Notes under the pieces: model-generated
The model's database searches: none
Seen by the model: the letters and a program-made list of their open reading frames with translations, nothing else
Told to the model about the DNA's origin: nothing
Shown: positions 47,796 to 57,188 of the stretch, piece after piece
Layout of the letters: every line of letters begins with the position of its first letter
Numbering within the stretch: position 1 is the stretch's first letter
Program-made: the position numbers and the translations under genes
Assembly: GCA_017934185.1 (NCBI GenBank)
Contig: JAGBJY010000047.1
Coordinates: 49,763 to 113,762, forward strand
Direction of reading: 5' to 3'
DNA: 64,000 bases
Source of the DNA: Bacteroidales bacterium
GTDB taxonomy: Bacteria; Bacteroidota; Bacteroidia; Bacteroidales; UBA932

Positions 47796-48569
47796 TCAGT
47801 CACAATAGCGGAGAGTTACCTCCTGGATTAATGGAGCGGAATCGTCTTTTTCGTAAAAGGATTGTTTGTAATGCTTTATTCTTCCTTTACCATCAAACTC
47901 ATAGCTCCACTGATATTCGTTCTCTCCGACTTTCACCGATTTGATTAGGTTTGCATTTTGTTTCCCGGCGAATCCGTATCCGAAAGGGTCTCCAGGAAGG
48001 AGTGTTCCTATATCGATTACCCAATCCACGCCTCCAAGAAACGGATTAGGGACATCATAATACTCAACCGGGAAGGTTTCGTCGGCCCGCTGGATAGAGA
48101 CAATGTTCCCTTGATTCCAGACATAGCGGATATTGTCCATAGAGACAAGTTGACCGTTGGCATAGGAGAACATGGTACTTTCCCCTTTTTCTGAAATGAT
48201 TTCGGAGAGCGTTCCATCTGCGTTAAACAGATATGTCTGAGCATATTGCCCATCCTCCTCTACTCTGGTTTTAACGCACTGCCGGCCTGAATAATCAAAG
48301 ACCGAGAGAAAAGTGCGATGGCTTTCATGAAGAGTCTCATTATAGCGGGTAAAATCTTCCTGGAATTTGAGAAGATGGCCGTCATTGGTATAGGATATTT
48401 CTATGTGGCTGCTTGTTAGCCTGCGGTCCTGATAATAATTGGCAACCTCCAGCGATGTCACAAGCGTTGAATCTTTGCCGCAACAGTTTTGGTCGCGTTG
48501 GCACGATGGAGCGGAAAGGAACACAAAAAGCCCCGCCGCCATGCTGAATAATATTCTTTTGGGATTCAT
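47796..48569 (-). CDS. Hypothetical lipoprotein, beta-rich with YD-like hairpins (DUF4595-like)
   Basis: Signal peptide ending SAPSC; repeated SY.NDG/YLFNADG/YEFDGKGRI motifs; AT-richer DNA. Confidence 0.65.
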   Translation of the reverse strand: MNPKRILFSMAAGLFVFLSAPSCQRDQNCCGKDSTLVTSLEVANYYQDRRLTSSHIEISYTNDGHLLKFQEDFTRYNETLHESHRTFLSVFDYSGRQCVKTRVEEDGQYAQTYLFNADGTLSEIISEKGESTMFSYANGQLVSMDNIRYVWNQGNIVSIQRADETFPVEYYDVPNPFLGGVDWVIDIGTLLPGDPFGYGFAGKQNANLIKSVKVGENEYQWSYEFDGKGRIKHYKQSFYEKDDSAPLIQEVTLRYCD

Positions 48570-48591
48570 ATGGTAAACTTTGACACAAAAA

Positions 48592-49431
48592 TTATACCAT
48601 TTCTCTTACCAACACAAAAGGTAAAACGACTTGCGTTCTCGCAGAAAGTTGATAAACACAGTCATCAATCTGAACATTTTCAATGTCCCCCCGTAGCATC
48701 AGAAGAAAACATAGCGCTGTGTCAGGAATACCATCAAACAAATCTTCCTTCAGTACAGCAAATCCCGTATCCGGAACGCAATCAACGTTTCTAATAAGGA
48801 CATTATCATAAGAGTCTCCAAACATCATTGAGCCAGCCCAAAGGACAAGAACAATAACTCCGTTTGTGTTGTTCGAATCTTGATTCCATTCAACTACAAA
48901 ATTTTCATAGTCGCACAACGGGATTAAATCATCTTCTGCATCATATAAAGGATTAGTTACCTCCAATATCTCCGGAGCTGCCAACTCTGTAGTAATGGTT
49001 TTTACTTGCTTTGTATTTCTGCTGGCCTTGTTGGTCAAAGATATTTTTAGGCGTCTTCCAAATAATCCGTGAATATCTGACGAAGTATTTGACTTTACAT
49101 CCGGCGATAAATAATCTTGCCCATTGAAAAGCACTTCTATTTGCGGCCGCTCAGTGTCGCTTTTTGTGATAGCTTTTGTATTTGGGCCTTCGAAGGCGTA
49201 TATGAATTCTTTACAGCGAGGGTTATCTTTAGACGAAGTAATACCTACGCTATAATCAAAGTTATCATAATAACGCAAATAGTTACCAAAATCCCAGGAA
49301 AGGATATTCTCTACTGATTGAGGAGTTTCGGGAATCAGTATATTTATCTCTGCTGTTTGATGTCGGCTTTCTTTTGCCGCCGAGCAGGCAATCATGCCTC
49401 CAAGACTAAGTAATAATAGGTATTTTTTCAT
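48592..49431 (-). CDS. Hypothetical lipoprotein
   Basis: Lipobox MKKYLLLLSLGGMIAC; 279-aa ORF in AT-rich DNA; tight operon spacing. Confidence 0.7.
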   Translation of the reverse strand: MKKYLLLLSLGGMIACSAAKESRHQTAEINILIPETPQSVENILSWDFGNYLRYYDNFDYSVGITSSKDNPRCKEFIYAFEGPNTKAITKSDTERPQIEVLFNGQDYLSPDVKSNTSSDIHGLFGRRLKISLTNKASRNTKQVKTITTELAAPEILEVTNPLYDAEDDLIPLCDYENFVVEWNQDSNNTNGVIVLVLWAGSMMFGDSYDNVLIRNVDCVPDTGFAVLKEDLFDGIPDTALCFLLMLRGDIENVQIDDCVYQLSARTQVVLPFVLVREMV

Positions 49432-49436
49432 ATGTC

Positions 49437-50345
49437 TTATCTTTTTTCCATGGGGATTTCCATAGGAACATCCCAGTTTTTCTCAGAAAGAATTCCTCCG
49501 CTATAGACCTTCTGTTCTAAAATTGAGTTAAGCATAAGACCAGAATTGTCCTTTTGTGACGTTTCTCTGGCGTATTTTTCTTTTGCAGAAGTAATGGAAT
49601 TCTTGACGGCCTCTACGTCATAATCTTTTTCAAGAGTATTCATAACCAATTCATAGCGTTCTTCTTTGACTCGAACTGCGAAAAAGCCATTTTTTGTTTT
49701 ACCCGACCGGAAATGATCAAAAGAACTTGTATAATCAAAATTAGGGTCAATATGAATCTTGAGTTCTCTTACGTGGTCCGCCGGAATAGGTTGAGTCCAT
49801 TGCAGTTGTATGTCATTTGCCATAGTCTTTACGGTCTTAACCGTCATAACAACTTGGTCAAGGGCACTATTTGGGAAAATCGGAACCTTTGGGATTTGAT
49901 TGAGCAACATTAGCTGCTCATTTGGCTCGTCATATTTATGCTCAATAGGACCAGTACAGGAGAGTCCGGTAAACTTAAATGTGACAGAGGGTCGGCGACT
50001 CACATCGCTCACTTGATTTGCATAGTTTAATATACTCAGGAAACTGGTAAATTCTCCTTCATCGCTTAACATATTAAAAGGAGGGTGATAGTATTCCAGC
50101 TCTATTAAATCCGCTGTTATATCACGAACTGCCTTGTATGCAACTTTTTTCATATCTTTAAGTTGATACTTCAAACGAACATCCCAGAATTTCACAGGGA
50201 TGAAAGAGTCTACAACCTCTATACACGGTTTCGCCGCAGTCGGAGGCGGATCTCCTTCTCGTGGGCAGCCGCCCATCGTAACTAAAGATAAGACGACGAC
50301 GGCTAAAAAGTAGCCCGCCGCGCGTAAATAATTTGTTTTATTCAT
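49437..50345 (-). CDS. Hypothetical (lipo)protein
   Basis: Hydrophobic N-terminus ending TMGGC; 302-aa ORF in AT-rich DNA. Confidence 0.7.
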   Translation of the reverse strand: MNKTNYLRAAGYFLAVVVLSLVTMGGCPREGDPPPTAAKPCIEVVDSFIPVKFWDVRLKYQLKDMKKVAYKAVRDITADLIELEYYHPPFNMLSDEGEFTSFLSILNYANQVSDVSRRPSVTFKFTGLSCTGPIEHKYDEPNEQLMLLNQIPKVPIFPNSALDQVVMTVKTVKTMANDIQLQWTQPIPADHVRELKIHIDPNFDYTSSFDHFRSGKTKNGFFAVRVKEERYELVMNTLEKDYDVEAVKNSITSAKEKYARETSQKDNSGLMLNSILEQKVYSGGILSEKNWDVPMEIPMEKR

Positions 50346-50389
50346 AACACATAAATGTAAAGGGATTACTAGATAAGAACGCTTAAACT

Positions 50390-50746
50390 TTATAGAATAG
50401 CGACGAACGTTTCTGGGAAAGACTCACCGCTTACAGTAATGAGGGAAACGCCATCTGACGGAAGATCAGAGACAACATAGAAGCCCTGGACATCGGCATG
50501 ACGCGTTTCGCCGGTGAAGAGATTCACCAGGGTAACCTGGGCCGATGGAGCCGAAACCGTTATAGTCCTCGTTTCAGGATCAACCTCTACACGAGGAGTT
50601 GGTGGTTTGATTGTGGGATTGCCTTGGGAATTACCACCGCGGATGGGACGGGGAAGATCCTCCCCGTCTTCAAGAGTGATAGGACGCGCTCCCGCAAAGC
50701 CGGATAGCACAAACAGAAGGGAAAATAAGGATAGAGCGTATTTCAT
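50390..50746 (-). CDS. Small secreted Ig-like protein (DUF3244-like)
   Basis: Signal peptide, Pro-rich segment and about 70-aa beta-sandwich (VTLVNLFTGE...LPSDG...ITV); directly downstream of the TPR regulator. Confidence 0.6.
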   Translation of the reverse strand: MKYALSLFSLLFVLSGFAGARPITLEDGEDLPRPIRGGNSQGNPTIKPPTPRVEVDPETRTITVSAPSAQVTLVNLFTGETRHADVQGFYVVSDLPSDGVSLITVSGESFPETFVAIL

Positions 50747-50768
50747 GTTTTTTGTGGTTTAGTTATCA

Positions 50769-50880
50769 CAAAAATAGGAGATACGCCCTAAAAAGTGCTT
50801 TAACAGAACGTTACAAATTCATTTATAACTCACTGAGAATGAGAAGCATCACAAAAAAAATCCGTTACACTGACGTTACA
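50769..50880 (-). promoter_or_regulatory. Promoter with TGTAACG direct-repeat operator-like sites and a 25-bp box
   Basis: CGTTACA (plus strand) at 50809, 50863 and 50874, degenerate copy at 50799; box TAACTCACTGAGAATGAGAAGCATC at 50826-50850; -7 TATTTTTG at 50769-50776. Confidence 0.55.
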
Positions 50881-50884
50881 TGGC

Positions 50885-52549
50885 TTATGAAAGGAGCTCA
50901 ACAAACTCTGCACCCGCCTCTCCCATGGCAAGAAACATTTTCTTGTAGCGGAACTTGCGTGTTCGTATACTTTCTTCGGACATGTCGGCAATAAAACTGA
51001 TACTTTTATGAGAGAATCCGGAAAACATCAGCGTGAGTAATTGATAGTCCAGCTCTTTTAGCGACCTGTCATCATTGCCGGAGAATAACTGTCTTAGGCG
51101 GAGCAGCACATTATTGTGTGATAGGTTTAGCGCTTCTTCCAGCGAAGTGAACAGACTCTTATCATCCCGGAGGGCACGTAATTCCCTCCTGAATTGGGAA
51201 ATGAGTGCCTCTTTTGAAAACGATCCGTGGCGCTGTTCCCGCAGGACGATTGCTTCATCAGACCATGAGAAAAATGCATCTGTAAGACTTTGTATGGTGG
51301 ATATCTTGTCTCTGACTAAGGAAGACATCAAAAGCCCCGTTCCATGCTGCCTGTCAGAGACTTTCTGTAAATCGGCCGACAGACCTTTCACTTTATCCAT
51401 CTCCTGCACAATCTGTTTCCTTCTTTCGTACAAGGCAATGGATATCAGCGCAATAATGAAGATAAGGATAATGACCAGCAGGGAAAAAGACAGTGTCAAA
51501 TTTCTTTTTTCCGCTTTTTCCCGAAGATATCCTTCTTCATAATACGATAACTGTGCATTACTGACCGACCGTGCCAACATCTCGCTGACGACGCGGTCTT
51601 GTGCCGCCGACGTTTTAACTAAGGCATCGTATGCCTGCTGATAATTCCCACGATGATATTGAATCTGCTGCTCTCCAACATAAACATATGTGCTGTCAAT
51701 ACGGCTCTGCGCCAACTGGCGGGCCTTCTCAAGTAGACTATCGGCCATTACCGGATGATGGGTCATTTCTTCCGTGATTGCTAAATAGCCCAAAATACTT
51801 GGACTGTCCGGATACATATCCAGCACCTGCGAATAATAGTTGCCCGCCTTACCATAGTCTTTACGGACATAATTGATTTCTGCCTTGAGTAGCAGGGAAT
51901 AGTATTGGACTCCCGGGTCAATGGATGGAATTGCAAGAAGGGAATCTACAATAGCTTCTGCCTTGGAAAACTCATGCAGGGCATATAATTGTCTGGCGGA
52001 AGTGGTTTTTACATAAGCAGCCGCAAGTTCTTCGCCGGAATTCATGAATAAAGAATAGGCCGATTCGGCATATTGCAGCGCCGAGCGATGGTCGTAGTTT
52101 GTGGCACAGATATCGGCCAGATGCAGCTCGATAAACCCCAGGAACCGATATTCTTGCTGTTGTTTCGCGAGCTCTTCTGCTTCTTTTAGGAGAATGACAG
52201 CCTCTATAATCTCTCCTGAGTTCTGATAAATGCATCCCAAATAGTAAGAAGCCTTCATCAAATTACGCTTATCCCCGTGGAGCGAATAGTAACGATAAGC
52301 GAAACTGGCCAAAGAATCATCCTGAGTGTTGCTATAGCATTTATCCTGCGCTATGGTGGTGAGCAGCGCATACCGGGCCCTTTCCTTTGCTGTAAGACGC
52401 CTCTTGGACAACTTTTGCAGCACAGCCAGGGCGCTGTCCGGCCTTTCCGGTAGGAGGGCATCGGCCCGCGTCATGCTTCTCCTTGCCGAGGGGTGGCAGG
52501 AGAGAAGCGCCAGCATAAGGCCGAGGAGGATAAGGCGACGCGCTTTCAT
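50885..52549 (-). CDS. TPR-containing transmembrane regulator with C-terminal LuxR-like HTH
   Basis: Lipobox-like N-terminus, ERPDSAL..L / ARYALL...A.DK, TPR helices, TM SLLVIILIFIIALISIAL, then GFSHKSISFI...EESIRTRKFR. Confidence 0.8.
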   Translation of the reverse strand: MKARRLILLGLMLALLSCHPSARRSMTRADALLPERPDSALAVLQKLSKRRLTAKERARYALLTTIAQDKCYSNTQDDSLASFAYRYYSLHGDKRNLMKASYYLGCIYQNSGEIIEAVILLKEAEELAKQQQEYRFLGFIELHLADICATNYDHRSALQYAESAYSLFMNSGEELAAAYVKTTSARQLYALHEFSKAEAIVDSLLAIPSIDPGVQYYSLLLKAEINYVRKDYGKAGNYYSQVLDMYPDSPSILGYLAITEEMTHHPVMADSLLEKARQLAQSRIDSTYVYVGEQQIQYHRGNYQQAYDALVKTSAAQDRVVSEMLARSVSNAQLSYYEEGYLREKAEKRNLTLSFSLLVIILIFIIALISIALYERRKQIVQEMDKVKGLSADLQKVSDRQHGTGLLMSSLVRDKISTIQSLTDAFFSWSDEAIVLREQRHGSFSKEALISQFRRELRALRDDKSLFTSLEEALNLSHNNVLLRLRQLFSGNDDRSLKELDYQLLTLMFSGFSHKSISFIADMSEESIRTRKFRYKKMFLAMGEAGAEFVELLS

Positions 52550-52555
52550 GGATGA

Positions 52556-55500
52556 TTACTTTCGTAGCACCTCGTAGCGGGAAATGCCGATGGATTGGAG
52601 GTCCAGGAGGAAATCGGCCGTTACGGCTACTTGGAACTTCTTGGAGACGAACTGGATGCGGTACTTGGTGACGGGGTCGAAGAGGTAGATGGTAAGGGGA
52701 ATTTTGCCCTTGTGCTTTTTCACTACGCGCACCAGCCCCTGGCGGAACTGCTGGGTGAGCATGGGCGTGGTGATGTCCATGTTAAAGCCCGTCAGAAGCT
52801 CTTCGGCGATGTTCCCCAGCAGGGTGATTTTGCGCACTTTAAAGGCATAGGGGGCCGATTTTCCCTGCGCCCGCTCTTCCGGCTTGAGGAAGAATTTCTC
52901 TTCCACCACGCCCTCGATGAAAAGCGTTGCGTGCAGCTGCATGTACTGCATGAAGGTCTCGTGGTCCTTCCCGAAGAGGGTGAGCTCATAGGAGCCGCTG
53001 TAGTCTTCCAGCGTGGTGCGGGAGTAGGGCTTGCCGGTTTTGGTGGTGAGCTGCTTGAAGTCGGTCACGATGCCCGCCACCGCCACTTTGGCCGATTGCT
53101 TCTTGCCCTCACACTCGGAGACAAGGTTGCTGAGGTCGGCCAATTTGCAGGTGGTAAACTGGTGGATTTCAAAGGAATAGCGGTCCAGCGGATGCGAGCT
53201 CAGGTACATGCCCACCAGTTCTTTCTCCTTTTGGAGCATTTCCATGATGTCCATCTCTCCCTCGCTGGCGGGAAGGGCAGGACGCTCCGGCTTCATCTCT
53301 TCCATCTCTCCGAAAAGGGAGATGGCGCTGTTCACCGAATCGGCCTTATACAGCTCTCCGTAGCGGGTTAGCTGGTCGATGAAGAGGTCTCCGCCCTTGC
53401 CCGGCTGGAAAAACATGGAGCGTTTGTGGCCCAGGGAATCCAGCGCACCGGCGCTCAGGAGGCTCTCAAAGCTCTTGCGGTTCACGCTGCCGGCCATGCG
53501 CTCCACAAAGTCGTAGATGTCGGAGAAAAGGCCGTTTTCTTCGCGTTCCCGGATAATGGCGTCCACCACGTTGGCCCCAAAGCCTTTGATGCCGCTAAGG
53601 GCAAAGCGGACATCCCCGTTTTTGTTCACGGTATAGTGGCCCGTACTCTCGTTTACATCCGGACTTAACACCTTGATACCATGGCCCTTGCAGTCGTCCA
53701 TGATTTTGATGGTCTCTTCCATGCTTTTGGCGCAGTCAAGGCAGGAGGCAAAAAATTCGGAGGGGTAGTGGCACTTGAGCCAGCCGGTCTGGTAACTTAC
53801 CCAGGCATAGCAGGTGGCGTGGCTCTTGTTGAAGGCGTACTGGGCAAATTTCTCCCAGTCTTTCCAGATTTTGTCCAGCACTTTTTCCGGATGACCGTTG
53901 GCCGCACCGCCCGTCATGAACTTGTCCTTGAGGGAGTTCAGGATGTCTATCTGCTTCTTGCCCATGGCCTTACGGAGCTTATCGGCCTCACCTTTGGTAA
54001 AGCCGGCCAGCTTTTGGGACAGCAGCATCACCTGCTCCTGGTACACTGTTACGCCGTAGGTGTCGTTCAGATATTCCTCCATTTCCGGGAGGTCGTACTC
54101 GATGGCCTGTTCGCCCAGTTTGCGGGCCACGAAGTCCGGGATATAATCCATGGGCCCGGGCCTGTAGAGGGCGTTCATGGCGATGAGGTCTTCAAACCGG
54201 GAAGGACGCAGCTTTTGCAGCCAGGTGCGCATGCCGTCCGATTCAAACTGGAAGACGGAAGTGGTGTCTCCGCGGCCGTAGAGGTCGAAGGTGGCTTTGT
54301 CGTCAATGGGAATGGCCTCAATGTCAATATCTTCGCCGTGGTGCTCCTTGATGAGGTTCAGGCAGTTGTGGATGATGGAAAGGGTAATGAGCCCCAGGAA
54401 GTCCATCTTGAGCATGCCCACCTCTTCAATGTAGTGGCCGTCGTACTGCGAAGTGTGCACATCCTGCCCGGTTTCCTTATCCTTGGAAAGCGTAATGGGC
54501 AGGTAATTGGTAAGGTCCCCGCGGCCGATGATGGTGGCGCAGGCATGCATGCCCACCTGGCGCACCGTTCCCTCCAGCGCCTGGGCATAACGGAGGACTT
54601 CCCGGTTGAGTTCCGGGCCCTCGTTGAGCTCCTTAATGAACTCAGGGACAAGCCTGTAGCAATTTTTGAGGGTAATTTTTACGTCCACATCCTCCAGGCC
54701 CTTCTGGAAGGTTTTTCCGTCGTGCTCCACCACCTTGAATCCGGGTTTCAGCTCGTCCAGCTTGGGGTTGAAGGGGTATTCCCGCTCCTTCTTTTCGCTC
54801 AGGCGGTCCGGGACCATCTTGGTGAGGCGGTTGCTCTCGTCGATGGACACATGGCTGATGCGGGCCACATCCTTGATGGCGCTCTTGGCGGCCATGGTGC
54901 CGAAGGTAATGACGCGGGAGACATGGTCGGCCCCGTACTTCTTCTCTACGTATTCGTGGGCCTTGGTGAGGTCTTCGAAGTCTACGTCTATATCCGGCAT
55001 GGAGATGCGGTCCGGATTGAGGAAACGCTCAAACAGGAGCTGGTACTTGATAGGGTCTAAGTTAGTGATTTTAAGGCAGTAAGCCACCACTGATCCGGCG
55101 GCGCTCCCTCGGCCCGGACCCACCATGGACCCCATGGCGCGGGAGGCGGCAATGTAGTCCTGCACGATGAGGAAATAGTCCGGGAAACCCATGCGGCAGA
55201 TGGTCTTGAGCTCGAAGTCTATGCGCTCCTGCTGCTCCCCGGTGAGGGTTTCCCCGTAACGCTGGTGGGCGCCCTGGTAGGTAAGGTGACAGAGGTACGC
55301 CACCGAATGGCAGAAACCGTCCCCGCGGTAGGTGCCGTGCCTGTCGCATCGGCCTTCGTCGATGATGCTCTTGTACTGCTCCAGATACTCTCCGATGTTG
55401 GCCATGAAGGCGGGGTCTATCTCATACACCGGGAGAACCGGGTCACAGTCAATAGAATAGCTCTCAATCTTATCGGCCACTTCCAGCGTGTTGGAAAGGG

Positions 55501-56293
55501 CTTCCGGATGGTCCGGGAACAGGGAGAGCATCTCCTCCTCCGTCTTGATGTACTCCTGCTGGGTATAGCGCAGGCGGTCAGGGTCGTCGATGTAGGCGTT
55601 GGTAGTGAGGCAGATAAGGCGGTCGTGCACCGGACCGTCCTCCTTGCGCACAAAGTGGGCGTCGTTGGTGGCAATGACCTTGATGCCGTGTTTCCGGGCC
55701 AGTTTGAAGATTTCTTCGGTGTAATAGCACTGCTGGTGGTACAGCTCGTTGTCCAGGCCGGGAACCTCCGTTTTGTGCTTCATTACCTCCAGGTAATAGT
55801 CCTCGCCGAACACGCGCTTATGCCAGAGGATGGCCTTTTCCACGGCGGCATCGTCGTGGGCCATGATGGCGCGGGGCACTTCCCCGGCCAGGCAGGCGCT
55901 GGAGCAGATGAGCCCTTCGTGGTATTTCTCAATGACTTCGTGACTCACCCTGGGCCGGTAATACATGCCGCTGACATGCCCTTCCGAGACAATTTTCACC
56001 AGATTCAGGTAGCCCTGGTAGTTTTTGGCCAGCAGAATGAGGTGATAATAGCCCTTCTCCTTCACGCGATGGTCCCCCTTGGACACGTAGATTTCGCAGC
56101 CGATGATGGGCTTCACATTGGGATGTTTCTTGGCGTATTTGAAGAATTCTTTTACGCCGTACATGTTGCCGTGGTCCGTGATGGCAAGGGCCGGCATGCC
56201 CAGCTCATCGGCCCGGTTGAAAAGGTTCTCTATGGAGGATTGTCCATCCAGAATGGAGTACTGGGTGTGGACGTGAAGGTGCACAAAACTCAT
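52556..56293 (-). CDS. dnaE: DNA polymerase III alpha subunit
   Basis: Start at ATG 56293: FVHLHVHTQYSILDG; AITDHG; GRGSAAGS; MPDIDVDF; KMDFLGL; YAFNKSH. Confidence 0.98.
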   Translation of the reverse strand: MSFVHLHVHTQYSILDGQSSIENLFNRADELGMPALAITDHGNMYGVKEFFKYAKKHPNVKPIIGCEIYVSKGDHRVKEKGYYHLILLAKNYQGYLNLVKIVSEGHVSGMYYRPRVSHEVIEKYHEGLICSSACLAGEVPRAIMAHDDAAVEKAILWHKRVFGEDYYLEVMKHKTEVPGLDNELYHQQCYYTEEIFKLARKHGIKVIATNDAHFVRKEDGPVHDRLICLTTNAYIDDPDRLRYTQQEYIKTEEEMLSLFPDHPEALSNTLEVADKIESYSIDCDPVLPVYEIDPAFMANIGEYLEQYKSIIDEGRCDRHGTYRGDGFCHSVAYLCHLTYQGAHQRYGETLTGEQQERIDFELKTICRMGFPDYFLIVQDYIAASRAMGSMVGPGRGSAAGSVVAYCLKITNLDPIKYQLLFERFLNPDRISMPDIDVDFEDLTKAHEYVEKKYGADHVSRVITFGTMAAKSAIKDVARISHVSIDESNRLTKMVPDRLSEKKEREYPFNPKLDELKPGFKVVEHDGKTFQKGLEDVDVKITLKNCYRLVPEFIKELNEGPELNREVLRYAQALEGTVRQVGMHACATIIGRGDLTNYLPITLSKDKETGQDVHTSQYDGHYIEEVGMLKMDFLGLITLSIIHNCLNLIKEHHGEDIDIEAIPIDDKATFDLYGRGDTTSVFQFESDGMRTWLQKLRPSRFEDLIAMNALYRPGPMDYIPDFVARKLGEQAIEYDLPEMEEYLNDTYGVTVYQEQVMLLSQKLAGFTKGEADKLRKAMGKKQIDILNSLKDKFMTGGAANGHPEKVLDKIWKDWEKFAQYAFNKSHATCYAWVSYQTGWLKCHYPSEFFASCLDCAKSMEETIKIMDDCKGHGIKVLSPDVNESTGHYTVNKNGDVRFALSGIKGFGANVVDAIIREREENGLFSDIYDFVERMAGSVNRKSFESLLSAGALDSLGHKRSMFFQPGKGGDLFIDQLTRYGELYKADSVNSAISLFGEMEEMKPERPALPASEGEMDIMEMLQKEKELVGMYLSSHPLDRYSFEIHQFTTCKLADLSNLVSECEGKKQSAKVAVAGIVTDFKQLTTKTGKPYSRTTLEDYSGSYELTLFGKDHETFMQYMQLHATLFIEGVVEEKFFLKPEERAQGKSAPYAFKVRKITLLGNIAEELLTGFNMDITTPMLTQQFRQGLVRVVKKHKGKIPLTIYLFDPVTKYRIQFVSKKFQVAVTADFLLDLQSIGISRYEVLRK

Positions 56294-56368
56294 AGGAACA
56301 AAGGTAACAAAAAACCGCGGCCCTTGCAAGGTATTTTTCGGGGGCCGGCGCTGAAATTTTGTGGAGCC

Positions 56369-56457
56369 TAATCAGTTAATACACAGTCATTTACGTAAAA
56401 ACAGTAAGCAATTATTGCTTACTGTTTGTGTGTAAAAAACTGATTATCAGCCAGATA
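56369..56457. repeat. 89-bp box-palindrome-box element, copy 3
   Basis: Core AAAAACAGTAAGCAAT-T-ATTGCTTACTGTTT (56397-56427); right box TAAAAAACTGATTATCAGCCAGATA. Confidence 0.85.
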
Positions 56458-56466
56458 AGCTCCGGG

Positions 56467-57135
56467 CTATTTGCTGAGCTTAAAGCCGATACGGTAGTTG
56501 TCGTAGCCATCGGCCAGCTTGGCGATGCCGGCAACCTGGCTGGAGGCCTGGCCTGCCATGGAGACAATCTTCTTGATGAAGGTCATGGCCTTGTCTACGG
56601 TGAAGAGCATCTTGGCGCCGGTGGGAGTGGACTCCAGGGTACCGGTCATGGACAGATACTTCATGGTTTTGCCGAAGGTGAGGTTCACGGTCTTTTCACC
56701 GTCGCCCACCTTGTAGGTGCCGGGCAGGGAAAGGCCCAGAACATTGAGGGTGAAGGTGTTGTCGGCCGAATTGAAGGTCCAGGTCATGGCACCGGGTTTG
56801 ATGCCCACCTTGGCCAGGTATTCGTCGGCCTTGGACTCGATACCGGAAGTGACGGCGGTGCCGGCCAGGTTGGCCAGGATACCCCCTTCAGAGCTGGTAG
56901 CGGATACGGCTACGCCATTGTACGTATAAGTGCCATTCAGGCTCACGGGAGCTGAATAAACGGTACCGGCCAGTCCGGAAACGATGTTGCCGATGGTTGA
57001 AGCTACGCTGCTGCCACTGGTGCTGCCGGTGCTGGTGCCGCCAAGGCCGGAAAGAACTTCGCCCAGCATGCTCTGCGCATTGGCAGACACGGTAAAGGCC
57101 GCTGCCAAAGCAAGAATGGAAATGACTTTTTTCAT
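56467..57135 (-). CDS. DUF4923 family secreted protein (lipocalin-like)
   Basis: Start at ATG 57135 with a signal peptide; L.GTYTYNG.AV, KVGIKPG, GTY, C-terminal IGFKLSK. Confidence 0.75.
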   Translation of the reverse strand: MKKVISILALAAAFTVSANAQSMLGEVLSGLGGTSTGSTSGSSVASTIGNIVSGLAGTVYSAPVSLNGTYTYNGVAVSATSSEGGILANLAGTAVTSGIESKADEYLAKVGIKPGAMTWTFNSADNTFTLNVLGLSLPGTYKVGDGEKTVNLTFGKTMKYLSMTGTLESTPTGAKMLFTVDKAMTFIKKIVSMAGQASSQVAGIAKLADGYDNYRIGFKLSK

Positions 57136-57188
57136 GATAAATATGGTTTTATTAAGTTGTTTCAACCCGTAAAGATAATAAAAATATT

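Noticed and set aside
47760-52549. Cassette as a prophage, ICE or toxin-immunity island
   Set aside because: No integrase, transposase, phage genes, flanking direct repeats or recognisable toxin domains.
52556-56293. Insertions in DnaE (near 54690-54800 and 55310-55420) as a possible intein
   Set aside because: Only about 30-40 aa each, with no C/S...HN splice motifs or LAGLIDADG; lineage-specific loops.
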